Source of the DNA: Ylistrum balloti | Taxonomy: Eukaryota | Assembly: GCF_031769215.1 (NCBI RefSeq) | Contig: NW_026782845.1 | Coordinates: forward strand, 186,001-250,000 | Length of the DNA stretch: 64,000 nt | Direction: 5' to 3' | Shown: positions 26,996 to 39,600 of the stretch, in pieces | How the letters are laid out: each line of letters begins with the position of its first letter | Position numbering within the stretch: position 1 is the stretch's first letter | The notes under the pieces: model-generated | Told to the model about the DNA's origin: nothing | The model's database searches: none | The model's input: the letters and a program-made list of their open reading frames with translations, nothing else | Made by a program: the position numbers and the translations under genes

Positions 26996-29900
26996 ATGAA
27001 CATATCAACATATACTCCAGAATATTTTGAGTGCAATTTTACGCAATCATTCAATGAAGCATTTAGGAGAGGTATGCTACAGGCAACTGCTATTTTCATG
27101 TTGATAGTTGGAATAGTCGGTTCATTATCCAATATCCTTTTTATTTACATCTTGCTGGAACAAAATATACGTAAATCACGGAACAATATCTATGTGATCA
27201 CTCTTTGCGTTGCTAGTATAATGATTGCAATCATCATTGTCCCTTCACTTGGTATCTCCTCACTGGCAGATGACTGGGTGTTTGGTGAATCAGGATGTGT
27301 TCTGCATGGATTTGCCATGACAACATTAGGTCTATTTCAAATCTTCATTTTGACAGTAATGTCATTCGAAAAGTACATCATTATGGCGAAGAAAAGCTTG
27401 GAGCGACTTTTATCCAGAACTGGAACAACTTATACTATTATAGCCTGTGTAATACTAGCACTGTTTCTAGGATGCTCTCCACTTCTCGGATGGAGCTCTT
27501 ATAAGTTGGAGGAACAAAAGACGTCCTGTACTATTGACTGGTCCGACCGCAGTCCGTCGGCTTTGTGTTACACGTTTCTCTTAATGGTGCTGGGACTTGT
27601 GCTTCCTGTTGCCATCATGCTTTTCTCGTACATCAATATTTTTCTCGTAGTAAGTATGTTTGCTTTACTTACAAATACACAGACAAAACGTATCTTTTAT
27701 GTATCTTTTATCGTTATGATAAGAGTATACATGCATTCACGTGATAAACACAACATAGCATATATAATTTATGTATAGATTTTTGTCCGCCTGATTGACT
27801 GCTCCGAAATTAAGCCAAATGCTTACCCATAATTTTGTTGGAAAAATAATTGGTAGACTGAAAGAAATATTACAATCTTAATATATATTTCATATTTTTT
27901 TGGTGAACTTCTAGAATATAGAATCTTCTAAGTTGTTTATCTATTCTTTCTATTTATTTATGTAGGAAAAGTAAAAAGACATCGCCTGTATAGATAATGA
28001 ACAATAATTATGCTTCCGTATGCTAGATACTAAAGATATACCTCAGTTCGTGAGTGGCAAAAAACACTTGTACACACGTATATCATAAATTATCAATATA
28101 CTACATTAAATATGTTAAATGAAATATTTAAATCTCCTTTGCATTATCAAAAATGTTGTAGAATGTCATAATTGTGTATTTTGAAACCTATTTCTGCGCA
28201 GCTATTTCGTGCCAGTTCCGAAGACAAATAATTGTCATTGTAATGTTTCAAATGTTCAATTTCCGATGAATGAACAAAATTCGTCTTTATTCCTTGTATT
28301 TAATCATCTGACGTGTTAACATATATAATGCAACTTTACAACCCGTGTTGTTAATTTTAGGAAAAAACAAATCTCAACTCAAAAATAAGTCTTTTTTTGT
28401 TCAAACCCGATTCACAATTTACCTTTTCCACTTCTTTCACTATTATTTTTCTTTTTACGTTGATAAATGTAAAAATCATAAACAAAGATTGCATTGCATT
28501 TTTTTTTTGTTTCTTCTGCAGATACGAACCCACAGGCACAAACTGGGTCAAACATTACGTAACAACGGTAAATGCTACGAAAATATGCTGAAAAGAGAAA
28601 TAAAGGTGATAAAAACAATGTTTATTCTTGTATGTAAGTATATGTTTTTGTTTATATACATAAAACTAAAACCTACTCCAATTTAGTGCTATAGGTAAAG
28701 TATAGTAAATTATTGAAATGGTGTAAATAGCCTTCATACTTCTTCAGAGAAAAAGAAGAAAAAAAATAATAAAAAAAAAACCAACTATAGAAATACTTAT
28801 AAACTGAAATGTAGGCTCTTATAATTTATCGAGAAGTATGTAGCATTTGGTAGTAGTACCTTTCGAACGTTATTCTCGAGGGAGTAATAACATGCACATG
28901 TATTGCTGTGGTGTATCGATTGCTTGTGTTTTAGCTCCTACATGTGTCACTTTGAATATGTATTGTACTTATATTGTACTAATTATCCTCTTTTAACTAA
29001 ATGGCAATGGTATGCTATATTGATATTTCAATTGGCTGCCATGTTCATGGTACTTTTGGTAATATTTTGCCCTAGTTTCATTGAGTGTAATGAAAATTCT
29101 GATTGCACGTCGGTATCATCTTTGTCAGTTTTATCCATATTTTCAAAACAACATTGCTTGAGACTCTTTTTACATATAGACTACAGTTGCATATGTGTAA
29201 TCTTGGTTATGATTTATTTCTTGGCAAAAAGGCACTACTCTTTGGCTGAATTAGGGTTGAATTTAAGAATGGTAAGCCTAAAGTTGGGAGGTTGAGGGGA
29301 ATTAGTCATAACATACCACACGGCTAGAGAGGAATTATCTCCGGTACTATCTGTATAGTATAAGACTGTAAAGTCAGAGTTCGAGCGTGGTTAGAATTAC
29401 GATGACTTTTGCTAACTAAAACATCATTTCGGACTAAAAACATTCCACTAGTTTTATTTTTGTTACATTTGTGACCGTGAAATATATGAATTTCTAAATT
29501 TGATAAGCACTTCGATCCTTCCTGATATCTAAGAAATCATAAATGATAGGAAGTTTCTAATTTCCACCTTTTGTAGTTGTGAACAACTACAGCATGTAGA
29601 TATTCCCAAATAATCCTGTTCAATGTGAATGTTAAATAAGCTGCTATTTTCCATATACATTAAATGTTTGTTTTCTATTTTGGTATTTGCAAATAGTTTT
29701 GTAAGCAGTCTTTACCAGATAACAGCATAATGTATTTGGATTACACGAGGCTTAATCCCCATAAAAGTCATTGTCATGTTGGCAAGCGTTAATATCTGAC
29801 GTCAAAGAACATGCTAATATTTTCCCGCTTTTTTCCCAACTGATTAACAGTATTCATTTTAAGATCGACATTTTCTAGCCTATTTACATTTTCTTTACAA

Positions 29901-30365
29901 ATACAATAAAAAATGCAATCCGTTTTTCTTTTAATGTAATATATCTTTTACTCTTATTACTAAATATATTTTTTACAAAGTAAGTTCATACTTTTTTTCG
30001 CAATTTACAAATATATGCTATCTTCTTATTGTGTTTCGTTTCGTCCGGCAGGTGCTTTCATTGTTTCCTGGCTCCCATACTCTGCCATTTCATTGTACGC
30101 AGTTTTTGATGACGTCACCATTAATCCCGTTTTGGGTATGCTGCCAGCTCTATTTGCCAAAGCGTCAGTCATCTGGAATCCGATTATATACATGTTCATC
30201 AACCAGTCCTACAAGAAAGTGTTAAAGGAGAAGATATCCCTGTATGCTCCGGCGGCTTGTACTAAATGTCAGTGTATATGCCTAAGGAGAGGCGACAACA
30301 CCGCTGCAGTGGGCGATACAGCGATTGCAGTCAACGGAAGTTTTATAATCGCTTACCATGAATAA
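26996..30365 (+). CDS. Opsin paralog 2 (probably xenopsin-like), about 359 aa; exons 26996..27649, 28522..28633, 30052..30365
   Basis: Coding exons 1 and 2 have the same lengths as paralog 1 (654 and 112 nt) and the same phases. Motifs WVFGESGC, EKY, YKLEEQKTSCTIDW and PALFAKASVIWNPIIY (Lys296). Confidence 0.92.
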
Positions 30366-30636
30366 CACTCTCATTATATAATAGCGACGAAACAGCGGCA
30401 GTGGGCGGAAGTTTTATTATCGCTTACCATGAATTACACTCTCATTATATAATAGCGACGAAACAGCGGCAGTGGGCGATACAGCGAAGGCAGTAGACGG
30501 AAGTTTTATTATCGCTTACCATGAAGTACACTCTCATTATATAATAGCGACGAAACAGCGGCAGTGGGCGATGTCACAAATACCGTCAACGGAAGTGTCA
30601 TAATAGATTACCATGAATAACATTTTCATTATATAG
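30306..30636 (+). repeat. Four-unit tandem repeat (92/71/92/about 76 bp) covering the opsin 2 C-terminus and stop codon
   Basis: Units start with GCAGTGGGCG at 30306, 30398, 30469 and 30561. Confidence 0.9.
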
Positions 30637-32975
30637 AATGTCAACGCACTTTTTTAACAAAATTTCCGTCTGGGATGTTCTATGTTGTATCCTAGTGGAA
30701 AATTTATGACTCCCAAGCAACTTGATATGTAAGCATAAATAATACTCACTTAATTTACAGCTCTTATTTCAATAGAAGTTCTACAACGGGTGGCAGCTGG
30801 TTATGATCGTTATCTAACACGAGTAATGAACAAACGAGAGTTCGAAAAGGATGATAATCAACTGCCACGAGTTATAGACCTTCTATCTACCATTACCTTT
30901 TAATGTAAAAATAGATAAATTGTGTACAACATTGTTTCGCCCCCATTAACACTTTCGCGTAAGAATACATCGTAAGTTGTCTAATTGGTTCACAAAATCG
31001 CTATAATTTGGAAGCAAAATACTTATTTATTCAGTAATCTTGTTTGGAAACATCCCGTAACATTAGCTCATTGCAACACGTTACAAAATTACACAAATTG
31101 TTAATCTTAAAAAAAGATAATTTGGGACTAGATTTTATTGCGGATAAGAGTAGTGCTTCGTCGCGGGAAAATGTGAATGCAGAAACGATTATGATGACGT
31201 GTAATTTTGGGGCTGAGTTTCTAACGCTCTTTGCGGTGTTTCCTTGGGACTCAGCTGTACATTGAAGTTGAAGATCATTTGATACTGAGATATTGTCGGA
31301 AATGGGGCGGGGTTCAGCGGTAGGCCTAGTTGACACAGTGACGATAGGGTCAGGGGAAATGTCAAACCTGTATCTTGATTCCGAAACGACATTGCCCGTC
31401 TCCAACCTTATATAAAAGATTGAGAAACCAGAACTACTGCATTTACCAATTACTATCCCCTTTCCTACTCCACAGTTTTACTGCATCACCGATCTTGACC
31501 GCCGGCAAGAGTGACAGGTCGTCACTGTCAGCCATGTTGATGATGGACAGCACTTGGCGAAAGTAGTTTAGGGTCACAGATCATGGTTGGGTCAAATGTC
31601 AATGCCTCGTCCTAACGATTTGGCTGTCACCAATAATACACGTGTGTATTTTGCGTATGAATAAACAATGGATATGGTGTTTAATAAATAGTCTGGACGT
31701 AAGATAATATTCGCAGGTTATGGTAGAAACAAAAGTAAAACTTTTCTTTTTAAAAACAATGAACAAAGTTCAACTTGTTACTATAGTCAGTCATAGACGT
31801 GTTTACGAGGAATACAAAAGAGTTACATCCATTCATGTTGAGTGACATGTCCATCGATAACGATGTTTCAAAAGTGCAACATTGTAGCCACATGGAAAGG
31901 GAAACGTTTGTCATTAGTAGACAGAATAAAACCCAACAACTGAATTCTAGTGTCCACCTTCATAATTTCCAATGATAAATCATCAATGATTTTCATGCAA
32001 ATATTGCTGTGACCTGCCCTATCGCTTGTTGTAATCGACCTTTAAAAATCAAATCACGAAAATTATTCAGATGAACGGTATGCTTTAAATAGTCTAGACA
32101 ATGCTTTTTCTGGCGATATAAATTTGGTATTATATTTATGTCATTTATAGATTGCTCTTTTAGAAAGTCGATGTTGATATTAATGTTGCTCCAAGTTCCT
32201 CTAACTTGACTAAACGCTAAGTGCATATGAACCCAAAACGTCACTATGATGTTGGTAGTGAAATGTATCAACGAGATCAATTTCTGTTAAGCCTGCACCT
32301 GGTAGGACATGATGAAATTAAGGCATGGAATAAGACATGATGTATTTTTAACAATAAAATCTGTGTATAGTTGACATAATTGCAAGTATCCATTTGTTAA
32401 ATTGAATATGAAACTGTTCTTGATGAGACCAACTCACAAAACGAAGACATTCCCTGAAAAACTGAATAGCGATAAGTCACTGGAAAGAGCTTTTAAATGA
32501 CGATTTTAACCCAAATTTTCCTGATGCCGGAAGGTTGGTTTGGTTATAAATTTTCAATGCCTGTCATCCACAGTGTTGTCGTTAAAAAACCTCATCTGAT
32601 TTATTGAACTTTTTCCACGTGAAAGTGTTCATCTCGGCAAAATATCCAGTAACCAGATATAAGTACTCACAAAAGGCAAAATAGGCCCTGTAGCACTACC
32701 TGGTGATGAGGACGTGCTGAGAATCATAGGCATTCACACTTATCTTATACGTGGTTCCCAGAAGCCTTTCTCTAAATTGGGGAAATCTTTGTCCATGGGA
32801 AACATGTCTAGAAGTATTTATTTCAATACCATGGTGAACATTCAGGCCAAACTAAAATCTGGTTTAGGATTTTTTGATAAATTTTTGGTAATATTCAAAA
32901 TACTGTACAAGGGATACACAAGTGAATAGCACCATTAAATACAAATTTAGTTAAGATGCAGTAGAGCCAAACAAT

Positions 32976-33215
32976 GAAGTACATCAGCTATTTCATCCTT
33001 CTAAGGCTGGTCTTATTTAACTCAATAATTTTAGTAAGACAATGTAAATATGTATCATTTAAGTCAATATTTTTAGTATGACAATGAATTAAACAATGAA
33101 TTAAAGTACGTCAGCTATTTCATCTTCTAAGGCTGGTCTTATTTAACTCAGTAATTTTAGTACGACAATGTAAATATGTATCATTTAAGTCATTATTTTT
33201 AGTGCGACGATGTAA
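32976..33215. repeat. About 130-bp tandem duplication
   Basis: The block aagtac.tcagctatttcatc...ctaaggctggtcttatttaactca... occurs twice. Confidence 0.8.
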
Positions 33216-35269
33216 AAATATGCGTTATATCTCCCTAACCACAACTGGTTTGCAATTATGTTATATCATCGCGGTTAGAGTTAAATCATGACTACGATAC
33301 ATGTTTGTACCAAGAAAATGTAAATTAATTATCAAAAACGAATAAATATTGTAATATGTTTTGTATTTCATTATTGTTTCACTTAACCTGATAGGTTACC
33401 ATGATGTAACAAATTAAATTCGTTAAATTATTGCACATGATCAGGGTTGGGGTTTGAGCATTGCTATCATATTTTGTTTTGTTTTTGTTTTATTATTATT
33501 TAATAAATATGAATAGGCTGTATTTGATATTTAATGTTCCTTTCTATTGCACATTTTATCTATTTCTCTCTAACCGCAGTCACATGCAATTATGTAACAA
33601 ATTTTTTCATCAAACCCTGATCATTTGAAATTATGTAACGAATTGAATTTAATGCATTTTTTTTAATAATCAAGGGTAACGTTTTGAACATGAATACTTT
33701 TGGTTCTATCCATCAAAAGGTTAGCTATATTTCATTTTTGTGTTCTTTTTTCTCGCAGATAGATCTTCATTTTCTCAAAAATTACCAATTCGTTACATAA
33801 TTGGATGTAGTAGCGGTTAATAATTAATGATGTATATGTCACAGATTTGTACCTAGAAATTACAATCTTCTCCTGAAAAGAGAAGAAATTCTGTTATAAA
33901 TGATTTACTGCAGTATTGTTTTGTCTCATCGCACATGGTAAGGGTTATAATTTTGAGCGTATTTATCATTGTTTTTCATTCGCTAAATGAAAGTAATTCA
34001 TATTTAATGTTTGATATTGCATTTTGTACCTATCTCTCACTAACTGCAATGACATGCAATTATGTAACGAATCATGATAAAGTGTCACGACACAGTTTTT
34101 AAGAAATTAAAAAAAATCTAAAACTTCCATTATTGTGTCGTTTATATAAAATAAAGGCTATTTTGGCTCAGTTCATGATTTTTTACCACTTTACGGAGCG
34201 AAAACTTTATTTTGTCGATTTGTCAAAAATGCACCCAGAAATTATGGAGGGTAGCATGTTTCTAGGGTCAAAATGTCGACAAAACAGCATAATTCTGCCA
34301 AAAAATACGTCGTTTTAAAGCGAATTCAATACCTTTTCCTGTGGTTTATAACGTATCTTATTTCATATAAGCATATAGAATAGATAACGAGTTAATATAA
34401 GAAAGATATGAAATGATACCTACAATTGGTACTTTACGCTTAACAATAACCAGAAAAGTGCAAATAAAAACGCTGAAATATTTTTTCTGCATTCTGTATT
34501 ATGTCCCAATGGCATGTAAACAAAAGAATTGGTCACATTTCCATATTCTAAATTTTAAAAAATAATGTGTTCTCCTCTCAAGAAATTTGAAAAACGTCTA
34601 AAATCGAAATCTGACCACTTTTATTACTATCCTTTGGATGAATATCAGGAATAACTTAACAATAGATTCACACAATTTAAAGCGATATTTTTAGAAACGA
34701 CCTTATAACATCTTCCATCTTGAAAATGTAACGAAATTATGCAATTATTTTTGTATCGAATATATTCGACCGTGCTCGGACACAGACGCCCAACTAGTAT
34801 GTTTATTCAAAACAATACCGAATTCGAAAATGATCAGAAGATGAGCGGTATGGATCGAGATCCCGCCGATAGCGGAGAAAACATTAAGTTATATTACATA
34901 TGTATCGCTATTTGTATTATAATTATAATTCATTGACGCTTAATATGTTTACATGTGAACAAAAGTGTGATATATATCTTTTAATAAAAATTAGAGGGAG
35001 ATTTTAAGGGAACGTTGGTTTGATTTTTATTGTTCAAATATGTTTTGTAATAATCTAGAAAAGAAAAAGAAGGGGAAAAACAAACAAACAAACAAACAAA
35101 CAAACAAACAAACAAACAACCCCCCCCAAAAAAAAACAACAACAAAAAAAAAAAAAAAAAATTCCGCGAGCCGGAGTGACACAACCGACCTACGGATAGC
35201 TTTTAACTAACTGTGTCTCTCTATAGGTAAATTTGTTTTTAGTTTTTAAAGATTATCATAACAGGTTAC

Positions 35270-35530
35270 AATGACCTTGCAAAGTCGTTTAATTTCACCT
35301 TCAGATATGTTGATGAGTCTCGTCTTTAAATAACAAGGCATTTATTGACTACGTCAATCATATGTATCATACAAATCTGGAAAGTTTCGACAGACTATTC
35401 TGCATCAACGGCTTATCTCGATCTTCTCCTACAACGAATGAAACATAGACAGCTCTACAATCAGCTGTATGATACACATAATGATTTCAATTTCCCTATT
35501 GTCAAATTTCTATCTCTGGACAACAATCTC
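35270..35530 (+). mobile_element. Penelope-like RT C-terminal fragment (pseudogenic)
   Basis: LAKSFNFTFRYVDE (FRYxDD motif) followed, across frameshifts, by SASTAYLDL and LYDTHNDFNFPIVKF, which match the PLE RT thumb region. Confidence 0.75.
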
Positions 35531-36675
35531 ATTGTGAAATATCTTATTTCTGTGTGTGATATGTGGCTGGACGTATTCGATGCTCGTTATTTTGCCTGTT
35601 GGTCCTGTTGTTGTGTACCTTGTTCTCATTTGGGAAAGTGGCATTACTAACATAGTTTGACCAGTATTTACTTTGCGGGTGTCCCCGACGAAGCAGAAGA
35701 CGTTTACTCTTCTGGAACACCTAGTAGACGCCTTACTTTCCTTGTACTTTTTAATGAGGCTCCTTGTAAATCTTTCTTTTGTTCATATTTCTTACTAGTT
35801 ATATTCAATTTTAGATTGTATTATGATTATGTTGACATGTTGGTACTGTTTATATATTTTCTATTATCGTTTTATTTTGCATTGCTATATGAAAGATGTT
35901 GAGCAGTCCTGATGAAAATCAGTGCCCACGATAATTTGAATACTAAACACAGACATGCTTGTCTTTTGTATGTTTTTAGTACCTGTTACGTGACTAAACT
36001 AAGTCATGCTGGATTTTTTTTTCAACCAATCATTTCAACGGAGTGAGTCAAACCCCGTATATTTGATTCGCTATTTTCTAAGATACCACACTTAACACAT
36101 ATCCCCAAATTAAATTCAGTATTTCCATTCATTTTCCCCAACAACTTTCCAAAGTGATTACAATGGCCACCACTACATGGATTCTCTCTAAACTCCTTCT
36201 TGTAAACTCTTCGTTTCCGCCAGTCTCGCGTGATTTTACTTTTGGTTGGTTAATAAAAAAACTTTTGATTTATGAAAATGAATATCATTTCTATGTTTAC
36301 GGAGAAGCAGAATCTGACTGAAGATATAATTATATGTATTTTACACCAACTTTAATAACAAAACTGAACTAACATCTAAGCTACTTTTGATGATCTCGCG
36401 ACCGCCATATTTCCGCAAGGTATCAAGAGAATGTTTGACATCTATATAAATACATGTCAACCCTTTACGTGAATTTGCCTCATGATGCAAGTGATCCTAG
36501 GTATCGCAGAACGAAACATGAGCAAGAACCAACACTGAGATTTTATGGTTATTTTTTGTCAAAATTTTGTTTTGCAGGAAAAAAATAAAGAAGCTCATAT
36601 ATATATTTAATATTTTAACGCAAAACGTTTAGTAGTGAGAACGTTAAAATCCGAGTACTGCTGAAATATGTACAT

Positions 36676-39600
36676 TTAAAGTAAATCTTCTTTGGATAGC
36701 ACAGGTGTCGTCCGCAATTCAACATGTATATGACTGCAGTGTTGATCAAATATCAAAATCTGGAAATGAAAATGACACCGTATGGTAATTTGCCAATACA
36801 ACCAAAATATCGTTTACAAAAAACAATAATTCATTGAAACGACTTTGTTTCTAATTGGTTTCAATAATTCTCACTCTTAAAGATTTGATAGAAAATCATG
36901 AAATCTATTCAACAACACAGAAGACATGCTCAGGAAATCATTGTCGTTTTCCGGATATATGTCACTGCTAAAATCAATCTTCTTCCACTAATATATTTGA
37001 CCTTCCCATCTTTATGCTTTATAAAGACTTTTAATCAATGTTTGCTGTGAAGATGACGATAATGATCCTGCAGTATTCGAAAGCGACAACTCTTTTGTTA
37101 CATATCCATAAGCTGTATATACCTTAATATTCTTAAGGATTGCAATATAGATTACTGTTAAAACATTAATTTTCATTAGTGAACCTTGTTAGCCAGATGT
37201 ATCCATAAACGTTAACGAGAATGTACATGTGTAGAAAACCATGAAATTTTAGCCCAACGAAAATACATTATTTTTACATTATCATATCATATTAAAGTGT
37301 CATGCTGTTTCCTTTTTTTCTTTAGTTGATATCATTGAAGGCTTTAGAGGGATTTTATATTTTCTGGTCTACCTCATTTTGATGTGATTTTAATCGAGTC
37401 TTTGGCAAATATAACGTCATCAGAGGTCCTTTGTTCCAGTATCGACCTAGGTTGAAACCGTTAATCACCACGAATCCCTTACACCAGTCCTAGAAAACAT
37501 AAACATCCAATTACTATTTTCTGGTTTACGTTTATCATCATATATGCGAAGATGTACATTTTAAACATAATTTAGCCATGTTTTTGGATCATTCACGAAC
37601 AGTTTCTAGTATATATATGTAAATATATGTTGAAATTTGATCACGTAAAATACATTGTAGCATTTCTTATCTACGCATGTAATATATGGAGTTAATTATC
37701 ACTTAATATAACAAGGGGTCAGAGGTCACCCGCCATATTGTTTTTATAATAAGTGGTGATCTGAACATAAATTATTAAAGTATTACACTAAGTTAATGAT
37801 TCTAATCAAGTTTGAATTATTTCCAATTAAACAATATTGCCAATTTTATTTCTTATACAAATTGTGATAAACTCCGTGGTCTAGAACGCAGTTTGGAGTG
37901 GCATCGTTATATCTTTCCAACAAGAATTATTGTATCATACTTTATTTGTGTCTTTAAAATTAATTTATCAAGTTTACTCCTCTTAGCACCACCTGGCAAG
38001 CTCTGCGGGGCTAGCTAAGGTAACTTCATTCAAACGGTCAAACTTTCATCCAGAAAATTCACATCATGTTCGCAATTTTCCAACGGCAACTAAACAAAAT
38101 CGTTTAAATGTTCAACTTTTTCATATAAAACAAACTTCACCCTCCACTACTAAAGGGAAGTTGAGATCCACGGGTCACACTTTGTGTTATGAATCATAAT
38201 ACCTATAATGTTCAATGGTATCATTTTCTTGCATGAACTATAGTAAACTTCACTTTAAGAAGAGGAGTATTGAAATTGAAACTTTTGATCTCTTTGTTCC
38301 TTAAATCAGAGTATCTTTGACGCACCACGCACGACGATAGCGACTAGAATAGGTAAAATGAAACTTCATTTCGGATGGCAGTGTCAGGTAGATTTTTTTA
38401 TCGCATGTAAAAAAACTCTGCACATCTGAAATACGGTGTGGAGTTTATAATCACTTAAAATAAAAAAAAAATTTTGATGTGGAGATTCTATTCACAAATT
38501 TAAGATGTGTTGCTGATTTTGTATTACAAAATATGAAATATTGTATGATGTTTCTTATCTACAAATATAAGATGCAATTTGAATTCACTAATCATCACAT
38601 AGAAAAGACATTGGATCCAGGTTTGGTAAGATCTGTTCAACATTTTCATTCAGAAAATATGAGGAAAAATTTTAAAAACCATCAGCTGCAGTCACATACC
38701 TTCATCCATAGGAACGTATCTGTTAAGTCACCGGTAATATCAAAGCGTCCTCTATATAGTGTTGGTGTTGTCCTGTTAGAATTCCCAAGAGTAGACCATG
38801 TACCATTCGCCTGCGTTCTACGAGCATTAAGTAAGGATAAACACACTTTAAACACAGAAGGAAACGCGCTGTTGTGTTGATAAATGTTTAATTTCACCAG
38901 AAACGTCTGTATCTGTCATGGTTTTGATTGAATAAGTCATTTGTTTTGTTAGATAATGTGCTGTGTTTGCCCAACCTATACTGATTGTACAAAAATCGTA
39001 CAAGTGAATTGCATCTTTAAATGATTTATAGTTACAGTAAAGATGTAAAGCCAAACATAAAGTAAACTGCATCACACACATGTGTCGTTCATCGACGACC
39101 TAAGGGCCTATATTTTGAGGCCAAGGAGGCGATTAAGGAAAATCCAAAATGATAACAAAAAAGTCAAAATCCAGACATGGAGGAGGAAACTGCCAAATAA
39201 TTAAATAAATTTCATAATTTTCATATATCAGATGATTTGATAATAGTGCCAAGTATCAACTATGTTTTGCTATTTCGTTTTAAAGAAAGTCATACTTCAT
39301 GTACGTCGTCACGTGACCATGCAGTATAACATTGTATTGTATGGGGACGTGTCAGTTACAACGCTGTCTTAGAAGGCCGTCACGTCAACATAATTTCCAC
39401 GTTTCACTATTTGCACTATTTTCCAGTATTGCTGTGCCATAGTATTGTGAAAAAATATTTGCCCCACATTAATATCACACCAACACCTCGGGTCAGATAA
39501 TTTTTACTTTATAGCAGGTAGGCATAGAATATCTCTATTTTATATTAGTATATAGTACATTACATATGATAAAATGTTAGCACAATAAAATATCCAGAGA

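Noticed and set aside
35900-35940. CTGATGA downstream of the PLE RT fragment
   Set aside because: No stem II and no GAAA follow.
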